Of a stretch of DNA of 32,000 nucleotides, positions 15,453 through 24,300 are shown piece after piece. The DNA is from Candidatus Saccharimonadota bacterium (GTDB lineage Archaea > Nanobdellota > Nanobdellia > Pacearchaeales > GW2011-AR1). The stretch is from the NCBI GenBank assembly GCA_049511795.1, contig JBEKXS010000001.1:358288-390287 (forward strand), given 5' to 3'. Under the pieces are notes generated by a model. It was given only the letters and a program-made list of their open reading frames with translations. It was not told the origin of the DNA and searched no databases. A program made the position numbers and the translations under genes. Position 1 is the first letter of the stretch; every line of letters starts with the position of its first letter.

Positions 15453-15767
15453 TTACTCCTGTTGTATTTTTCCTGCCCTTTTGTTTCTTCTGCCTTGCCT
15501 GTATTTTGATTTACCGCATTTTTCACATGTGTACATTATGTTTGTCTTTTTTGTTGTTTTGGATTTTCTTTTGAATTTTGAAACAGCTGGTTTTGAATAT
15601 TTTCCTTTGTTTCCAATGCCCCTGTTCTGTCCTCTTAACCTTGCCCTATCTTTTGAACCTCTTGTTAAAGCTCCCCTTTTTCCTCCTGTTCCTACTAATT
15701 TTATTTTCTGCTTTGTTTTTTCATTGCAGTAAGGGCAATACCTATTCACTGTTTTTGGTATCTTCAT
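15453..15767 (-). CDS. rpl44e: 50S ribosomal protein L44e (eL42)
   Basis: MKIPKTVNRYCPYCNEKTKQKI ... YTCEKCGKS zinc-ribbon Cys pairs and a highly basic body. Confidence 0.88.
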   Translation of the reverse strand: MKIPKTVNRYCPYCNEKTKQKIKLVGTGGKRGALTRGSKDRARLRGQNRGIGNKGKYSKPAVSKFKRKSKTTKKTNIMYTCEKCGKSKYRQGRRNKRAGKIQQE

Positions 15768-15819
15768 GATTTGAAAAGAAAAAATGTCTTTTTAAAGGTT
15801 ATCAAGAGATGGAAACAAA

Positions 15820-15890
15820 TGGCCCTGCCCAGGATCGAACTGGGGCCTTGTCCACGTCAAGGACATGTTCTACCATTAGACTACAAGGCC
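15820..15890 (-). tRNA. tRNA-Val(GAC)
   Basis: Reverse complement GGCCTTG TA GTCT..GAAC A TGTCC-TTGACGT-GGACA AGGC CCCAG-TTCGATC-CTGGG CAGGGCC A. One D-stem mismatch. Confidence 0.88.
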
Positions 15891-15994
15891 TGTAATCTGC
15901 AATTCTAAACCAATCAGGGCATTACAGCTTATATAAATTTTGTTGGTTAATAATGATAAGTTAAATTTAAATAGAATATTAATTAAATTAACTT

Positions 15995-16219
15995 ATGGCA
16001 TCGTATCCAGGAACATATCCCAAAAAAAGTGGTTCAGGATTTTTAGTTGTGATTTATCTATTGTTTGGTATATATTTCATCAATTATGCAATCCAGTTTG
16101 TTATTATACCTACAGTAGTTACTCAATTTGATAAGTGGATAATTCTTGTTGGAGGAGTTCTTCTTATTATAGGCGCAATAAACCAACTGCGATTAAACAG
16201 ATACACGAGAGGATATTAA
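15995..16219 (+). CDS. Small membrane protein (74 aa, two predicted TM helices)
   Basis: Hydrophobic stretches FLVVIYLLFGIYFINYAIQFVII and WIILVGGVLLIIGAI. TTTAAATA at 15966-15973 lies ~25 nt before the ATG. Confidence 0.5.
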   Translation: MASYPGTYPKKSGSGFLVVIYLLFGIYFINYAIQFVIIPTVVTQFDKWIILVGGVLLIIGAINQLRLNRYTRGY

Positions 16220-16309
16220 TTTTTCAGTCTTATTTGAAAATTTATTTCTATTTTAAGATATTTTATTCTAAGTAACTAACTTAGTAAATAACTAATTTAT
16301 TAAGAAACA

Positions 16310-16317
16310 TTTAAATA
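16310..16317 (+). promoter_or_regulatory. TATA box TTTAAATA (context GAAACATTTAAATA) for the 16354-25070 operon
   Basis: About 37 nt before the ATG at 16354, followed by SD AGGTGG (16344-16349). A similar AAACATTT(T)AAA context sits upstream of tfb and tRNA-Thr. Confidence 0.3.
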
Positions 16318-16353
16318 TGAGAAACCTTTTTTAGATTAAAATTAGGTGGAGCT

Positions 16354-16491
16354 ATGAAAAAATATTTACTTCTTGTAGAAGATGAAAAACTCTGGGAAAA
16401 ATTTAAGCAGAATATAAAAAAAGACCTTAATACAGAAATAATAGAACTTATCAGAAAAAAAATTGAAGAGGTGAAGAAGCATGAGAAATAA
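16354..16491 (+). CDS. 45-aa ribbon-helix-helix-like small protein (not in the supplied ORF track)
   Basis: MKKYLLLVEDEKLWEKFKQNIKKDLNTEIIELIRKKIEEVKKHEK: a beta-strand (YLLLV) followed by two helices, CopG/Arc-like size and pattern. SD AGGTGG 4 nt upstream. Overlaps the next gene's start by 11 nt. Confidence 0.45.
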   Translation: MKKYLLLVEDEKLWEKFKQNIKKDLNTEIIELIRKKIEEVKKHEK

Positions 16492-18310
16492 AAAGGGTCA
16501 GGTTACTATATTCATAATCATTGCAGTTGTCATTGTTGCTCTGGTTTTGGGTTATCTTTTGCTAAGAAACTCTATTGCACCACAGAGCATTCCAGGCGAC
16601 ATACAGCCAGTTTATGACAGTTTTGTTTCCTGTCTGCAAGACAACACCCAAACAGGAATTAGTGTTCTTGAAAGTCAAGGAGGTTACATAAACCTCCCTG
16701 CATTTGAGCCAGGAAATACATACATGCCATTTTCTTCACAGCTTAATTTTGCAGGAACTCAGATACCTTACTGGTATTATGTATCTGGGAATAACATACC
16801 AAAAACACAAATACCCTCTCTTAATGATATGCAAATCGCATTAAGTAGCTTTGTTTCCCAGAAAATAAGAAGCTGCGACTTGAGCTCTTACTATGACCAA
16901 GGTTTTGTTGTCAAAATGGGAAATCCAAGCAGCTCTGTCAATATAAAAAACAGCGAAGTTGATGTTAGTTTGTCAATGCCTCTTACAATACAAAAAGGAA
17001 ATGAGACAGCTGTTGTAAACACGCATAAAATTGTAGTTACATCTTCTTTAGGAGAATTATATAATTCTGCGCAAACTGTTTATAATGATGAACAAAAAAA
17101 TATGTTTTTGGAAAATTATACAATTGATGAGTTGAGAACTTATGCGCCCGTTGATGGAGTCCAAGTTACATGCGGACCTTTAATTTGGAATGCAAATGAT
17201 ATTTTTGACACATTGCAAAATGCAATAACAGCAAACACTCTTGAATTAAAATCAAATGGGGCTACAAATGACTACTTTGCATTGCATCTTCCTATAAATG
17301 ATAATGTTAGATTTTTGACTTCGCAAAACTGGTCAAATAGCTTTGAAGTTTCTCCAGCAGATGGACCAATATTAACTGCTTTGCCCGTAGGAAATCAACA
17401 AGGATTAGGCATTCTTGGATTCTGTTATGTCCCTTACCATTTTGTTTACAATATAAAATACCCTGTTTTGATACAAGTATACAACCAAAATGAAATTTTC
17501 CAGTTCCCATTTGCAGTTGTTATACAAGGAAACAATCCAAGACAGCCATTGCCAGGAACAGCAACATCTGAAACTCCTAATGATCTTTGCCAATATAATA
17601 ATACACAAATACAAGTTACGACAGTTGATAAAAATCTGAATCCAATAATAAACGCAACAGTTTCATATGAATGCATTCAGCAGGAATGTTCAATTGGTTC
17701 AACAGATATCTCTGGAAGCTTAAGTGCAAATTTCCCACAATGCGCTAATGGATATGTAATTGCAACAGCACCAGGATTTAAAGATACAAAATATCTTTTC
17801 TCAACAGTGCAGCAAGGTTCTTTAGAAATTATTATGGATAAAGTTTACCAAACAAACATCCAATTACTTGTTGATGGACAGCAATATACAGGCATAGCAA
17901 TGATAACATTTAGTTCAGACTCTTCAACACAAACACTTGCATGGCCTGACCAGAGAACAGTAAACTTAAGTGAAGGTAATGAAAATATAACTGTCCAAGT
18001 ATATAAGAACAGTTCAATAACAATACCTGCAACAACAACACAACAATGTGTGACTGTTCCAAATGGAATTTTGGGAATAATTGGATTGACAAGACAAGAT
18101 TGTTTTGAGGTAAAAGTCCCCCAGCAAATAATTTCAAATGCTCTTGCTGGAGGAGGAAATATAGAACAATATTTCCTTGAGACCGATTTGGCGCAAGGAA
18201 AAACTTTGCAGATAAATGCGCCAGGCTTGCCGACACCAACAACAATAGATGATGTTCAAAATAATTATAATTTATTTGACCAAAATCAATTAACTGTTAA
18301 TTTAGTATAA
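16481..18310 (+). CDS. Secreted/surface protein (609 aa) with archaeal class III (type IV pilin-like) signal peptide
   Basis: MRNKKG|QVTIFIIIAVVIVALVLGYLLL matches the [KR]G|Q + hydrophobic helix prepilin pattern (compare KKGQ in methanococcal pilins). Q/N/S/T-rich body with 10 Cys. A carboxypeptidase-regulatory-like beta-sandwich stretch: VTTVDKNLNPIINATVSYEC...GYVIATAPGFKD. SD GAGGTGA at 16468-16474. Confidence 0.75.
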   Translation: MRNKKGQVTIFIIIAVVIVALVLGYLLLRNSIAPQSIPGDIQPVYDSFVSCLQDNTQTGISVLESQGGYINLPAFEPGNTYMPFSSQLNFAGTQIPYWYYVSGNNIPKTQIPSLNDMQIALSSFVSQKIRSCDLSSYYDQGFVVKMGNPSSSVNIKNSEVDVSLSMPLTIQKGNETAVVNTHKIVVTSSLGELYNSAQTVYNDEQKNMFLENYTIDELRTYAPVDGVQVTCGPLIWNANDIFDTLQNAITANTLELKSNGATNDYFALHLPINDNVRFLTSQNWSNSFEVSPADGPILTALPVGNQQGLGILGFCYVPYHFVYNIKYPVLIQVYNQNEIFQFPFAVVIQGNNPRQPLPGTATSETPNDLCQYNNTQIQVTTVDKNLNPIINATVSYECIQQECSIGSTDISGSLSANFPQCANGYVIATAPGFKDTKYLFSTVQQGSLEIIMDKVYQTNIQLLVDGQQYTGIAMITFSSDSSTQTLAWPDQRTVNLSEGNENITVQVYKNSSITIPATTTQQCVTVPNGILGIIGLTRQDCFEVKVPQQIISNALAGGGNIEQYFLETDLAQGKTLQINAPGLPTPTTIDDVQNNYNLFDQNQLTVNLV

Positions 18311-18311
18311 A

Positions 18312-21300
18312 ATGAAGAAAAAAATGTCAAAGAAAGAGAGAATTTTAACTAGGAAGAACTTTAGCGCTATTCCAATAATTGGGCTATTTTTAATATTAAC
18401 ATTATTTTTTGTATCATTTGTTTCTGCACAAGGCTCTTATGTAAGGGCAGCACCTGCATACACTTATGGTCAGCAGACAAGCTCGTTCTTTGGATTGCAA
18501 AATTATCCGCAGATTGATCCTAACATGTGCAATAATAGACAAGATTTTATTTTACAAGTAGATCCTCTTGGCTGCACACCAAGTGTTGTTACAAGTGACC
18601 TTCTGGGACAGCAAAATGTTCCTGTATTTTGCCCTATTGTTGCAACACAATTAAATCCGCTTATGAGCGTAAATGCGATAAATAATATGATATTAACACA
18701 GCAGCCTGGAACAAGCTTTTCAAATAATATTGCTGGTGTAAATTATTTTCCTGCACAAGCTGCACTTGGTCAATATAACCCATCGATAACTTCTCAATAT
18801 CTGGGGAATATAGGATATGCAACAATAGTTTTAAGACAGCAGCCAAATGAATCTGCAATGCCTAGTTTTGTCCAAGGAAATATTACAGCGCAAATAAGCT
18901 ATAATATACAGAATGCATTTGGCGTGGGAAATGCAGCATATTATTTGCAAACATTAAATGACAGTGATTTTAATAATAATATAAATGCTTACAGTTTCTG
19001 GAACGGAAAAGGGTTTGTAAGACTGGATAGCGCTGATAATACAGGTGCAACTGTTTCTATTTATTCAGGAGTAAGCGGTGCTGCAAGCCAAAGTACTGCC
19101 AAACAAAAAATTGCTACACTAAATCTAAAACCAGGCGAAACCTCTTCTGATGTTTATCTTCCTGGATTTGGATTATGCATGGGAGGCTTGAAAGTGCAGT
19201 TAAACGACCTTGAAAATCCAGATACAGTTGCAAAAATTGTTGTTGATTCAAATGTTGTTGATTTGAAAGCAGGAGATTCATTCCTTGATGGAAAATGTAC
19301 TGTTAATACTATTACCAAATACGGAATTAATCAGAATGTGCAGATTTCTTGCAGTGAGGATCAACAACATAGTAGCTTTGCACTTGGCATAAATCCTAAA
19401 ATAAACCTTACAATTTCAAACCCAACTATGGGAACAGTAACAAGACCATACAGTGTAGGCGACCATTTATTTGATTTCCAGGACGGGTCAAAAACATATG
19501 GGGTTTATCTTGGGTTCATAGGCAACAACGGGAAAACTGGCTCAATAAATGATGCTTACCTTTGGCTTCTTACAGTTCCTTCTGATGTGAGCACTGAAAC
19601 ATCTTTGTCAAATGATGAAGTTGCTTCTATAGCTAGTCTTGACAGTCATTTAGTTACTCCAACTGTAGGACAGGGATTTTGGGGTGCAGCAATAACTATT
19701 GGAAGTGACCTTCTTAGAGGCGCAGGCCAGGGCATAAAAACAATTGTTACTGGAAAGGGCCTTACTCCTATTTCTTATTCAAGTTCTGGAACAAGTGTTG
19801 GTGGGACAAATATACAGATTCTTGGTTATGCAGGAGCTTATAATGCTGATATTTCCAAATTGCCAGGAAATGTATTTACGTCTTACACAAATGCAATGAA
19901 TGATTATCAGACAATTGTCCAAAATTATGGAGGAGAAACAAGTGCTACGGGTTCATCACAGACTACTTATGGAGAACAGGCACTTGAACAAGAAATAAAT
20001 CTTGCAGGAAGTTTCAACCAGAAAAAAACTGCGCTGCAACTTTGTCAGCAATATTCACAAAGTTATGGACCTGCTCCTGATAATATATGCAACGACCCTG
20101 TTCTTTTGTCAAGCACGTCTACATCTGAGCAGAGTGTTATTATTAATGGACAGACACATACAATTTCATTTGAAGGAATAACAGCACCAAGTTTTGATCA
20201 GTTTGGAGTAAAACTCACTATAGGATACCCAAATAATGGGGTTCCTATAACTGTTACGTTACAGAAAAATCAGATATATTATGTTAATGAAACAACAGGA
20301 GAATATATACAGCTTACTGATTTAACTCCTACATCTGCAACTTTTACTACAAACTTAGTGCTTGCAGGAACAACATTGCAGAACATAAAGAATTTTGCAT
20401 CAAGCACAGGAAGCCATACACTTAAAGTTGGAACTCAGGATAATTTCGGAGGTGCTTATACATTTGCAATTCAACAGATAAATTTGCAACAGGTAGCAAA
20501 AGTTTCAATACAATCTGATATAAATTATGCACACTCAAATGCGAGCTTCAGTTTTAAGATTGGAATTGAAAAGAGCGCAATACAACTAACCCCAAACCAG
20601 ACAAAACAAAGAATTAGTGATTTAAACAAAACAATTAATCAATGGCAAAGTCTTCAGAACGATCTTAATACTGTTGTTAAGGTAGGAAAAACAGCATGCC
20701 TTATTACAGAAGTTGGACTACTTGCAAAAAACTTTGTTGCAAACCTCGGCGGTGCAGGAGTTGCAAGACAAGCTGTTATGAGAAATTCTGGAGGATGGGA
20801 TGACAAGTGTGCAGCTATGGTTAAGGCAGGGCAGTATACAAGTGTTGAAAATTGCCTTCAAGCAAATTCTGCTGCTGTCGATGCATCTGTAAATACATAT
20901 GATGCACAGGTTCAAGCTCAAAACCAAAATATACAGACTCTTAGCCAGGGACTTCCAACAACTACTGTTGCAGGAGAGAAAGTTGCAGATAGTGGGCAGC
21001 TTTTCAATAAGATAAATTCTTCTGTAATAACAGGCCTTTCAAACAACGCCAATGCAATATCTTCTAATGGACAGATAAAAGTTGGTAACCAAAATGTGAA
21101 TATTGCAGATGCAGCCCAAAGAATAAACTCTAACACAGCTACACTTTCACAGGTGGAACAGCTTCAATTAAACTTAGGATTAATAAATTCAAATGATCCT
21201 ACTGTAAAAGCTGTTGCGCAAAACCAAGTTCAAAACATTCTTGGGCAGATTTACAGCAATTCAAATCTTTATACTCAGCAAAATGATTTGACAAAACAAT

Positions 21301-24300
21301 ATGGTGCACAATTTGTCATAAGCAGTAATGAAAAACTTATAAACATCCCATTAAGCGGAGAAACATTCTCTCAATTACAAAATGTTAAAGGACTTTCTCT
21401 TCCTGGAACCACACCTGTTCAGCTTTATAGAGATCAAGTTACTGGCCAAAATTATCTTTTAGTTTTGAATAGCGCCAATGTTATAACACAAACATATCAA
21501 ATAGCAGGTGATGGAACATTGAGCATAGTTAATCAAAATATTGCAAATCCATTAAAGCTTAATCCTGTTACAGCTAATTCATTTAATAACAAATACTTGA
21601 ATCCAACCGTTCAATATTTTGAAACAGGACAGTATGCTGGATTGCCTGCAATTGTTCCATTTGATATCCAAAATGGTTGGTATGCCGCAATAAAATCAAA
21701 TCTTCCAAATATTCCAGTAGTTGGCACTACAGGTAATATAAATTCTTACGAATCTTCCACAAGAGTTTCAAGTTTTTTTATCTGCAATGTTGGTCAAAAT
21801 GGCAAAGAGGATAATATGGGTGTAGATGACAATTGTGAACAGTTCACTCCAGGTTCAAGCCAGCAGCCACCTCTTTTCTCAGGCGCTTTGACAGCAACAC
21901 AGTCCCAGGCATTAGAAACAAAAGCCATAAATGCAATCCAGCAGGCAACATCACAGAAAAAATCAGGCATTACTCAGATAGCAATAAATGGTGTAGGAAA
22001 GATAAATGTAGGCCAACCATCTGCAGGCACACCTGCTATACAATGTGAAGACTTTGAGTCTCCAAGTGATTGCAACATTTTGTTCAATGTTTGTGACCCT
22101 GTCATATGCCCTTCGAGCAGATGCAATTTAGGGGGTGCATATACTGTTCAGGACGTGATACAGTCAGGAATAATTGGGAGCCTTGCACTTTGCTATCCAA
22201 ATTTCCCACAAATAAAAATTCCAATTTGTTTGTCAGGAGTTAATGCTGGATTGCAAGGTTATATCAGTGTTTTAAAATCCTATCAACAATGCCTGCAAAC
22301 TAACCTAAATACAGGTCAACAAGTAGGAATCTGTGATGAAGTCAATAGTGTTTATCAATGCCAATTCTTTTGGAAGCAACTTATACCTGTTGTGAATTAT
22401 GCTCTTCCAAAAATAGCTGGAAATGTTTTAGGACAAAATTCAGGGACGGGTGGCGGAGAATATTTAGCAGGTACAGATGCTCTGACAAATGCACAGAAAT
22501 CAGTTGATTACTTCAGCCAATATTATGCTGCAAATTCATACAAAGCTTTCCAGGAAAGGTCAACAGAAAGTGTTGGAGATTCTGTTTGCCAGAACTTTAT
22601 GTCTCTTTCAACACCAAATGGAGGAAATCTTTTTGATGCGTTAATCACGCCTGATTCGCCTGTGCAATTCTATGGACAATTTAATGAAGCTCCTTATACA
22701 ACTGCAACAAATCCACCAACATCACAATACAATGTTTTCTATCATATTTATGCAGGAACAGATTTCCCTGCTTACTATCAGGTTTATCTGAAGGGTTCTG
22801 CAAGTTCATTTTATCAAGATACCGGAGTGAGCAGAGTTGTTGCAACAGGTGTAGTTCCTGTTGGGCAATTTATGACTAACACAAGTGTATTCACAGCCCC
22901 TTCTGGTTATCAGCAATTGTGCATTGTAGTTAATGGGCAAGAACAATGCGGCTTCAAACAGGTAACAACTGATTTTGGAGTTAATTATGTGCAGCAGCAA
23001 TATCTTTCTTCCCAAGCATCGCAGACAAATATAACCTCTCAAGCAAACTGTAACTCTGGAACACCAAGTCTTTATAGTTTATTAAATCCAAATGCACAAG
23101 CAGGTGTTACAAATGCTGCAAATCCTGCAATTTACAACCAGGGAATAATAAGAATATGTTCTACAAATAATCCAGCACAGGGAACAGACCCAAACTGGAA
23201 TACACCAAATGCAAGATGGCAGAAAGTTGGTTATTGTGATACACAAAATATTGGATGCTGGCTTGATACACAAAGCGTTTCAAATGTAATACAAAACCAA
23301 AATATTCTGAATGCAACATTACAACCAGTAACTTCACAATTTGTAAATGCTTTGCAGGCTCAAAATGGATTCTTTGATAATCAAGGATTCTCTTCTTATT
23401 TATTGTCTTTGGATACGTTGAGAGATCAACATCAGGATTCTCAGATAATATCATCAATAACACAAAATCTTTCAAAAGCTTCATTGAGTATTCAGAAAGC
23501 AGAGTTATATTTGAGAAGAGGGAATGCTTATGGTGATATATCACTTGCAGGAAATCCAAATGCGCCTTCTCCTCCTGTAAACCCAAATGCTAAACCAGAT
23601 GGTGCTAGCTGTGCTCAAGCCTCAGATTGTCAGTCAAATTATTGTGATCAGACTGCAAGTCCACCTACATGTTCTTCGCCAACTCTTCCAACAATAAATG
23701 TAAATTCTGGAACGAGTTTTGAATCACCAGTATTCCAATTCCATGATGGTACAGTATACATTAAATATGTAAGTGGGTCTTCTAACCTTTATTATAAATT
23801 CACAAATGGGCAATGGTACTGGTCTTCTGACCAAAATAATTGGTTTAATACTGTTGCAAGTCCAACAGAACAATCACAATCTGGTTTACCTGGCGCAACA
23901 CTTTCATCAACAAATCAATATTTCATTACAAATTTATTAAATAATTACGGAACTTCATATTCTGGAGGATTATCTCAGTTATTAAAAAGAACTACTGATA
24001 ATAAAGAGGGAGTTTTTGGCACTTCACTTACTACAGATAATGTACAATTTTCTAATGATGGAACTTTTACAGTTAATGGAATTCATATGTCACCTGGATC
24101 TTTCCCATTACAAACAAAATTCAGATTTTCATACACACAAAATCAATGGCAATGGTCCCCTGCGAGCGCTAATGACTGGACATCTGTATCTCAGTATGCA
24201 ATACAGGGAACAAGTGGGGATACATTTTCAGGCCAGTTAGCGAAAGGAGATGTTAATACTTTATTAAATGCTTTAAATGCTATGCAGGGCAGTGATGCTT

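Noticed and set aside
15940-16131. 63-aa plus-strand ORF overlapping the 15995-16219 small membrane protein
   Set aside because: It is in an alternate frame. The 74-aa frame gives two clean TM helices and has a TATA element at the right distance.
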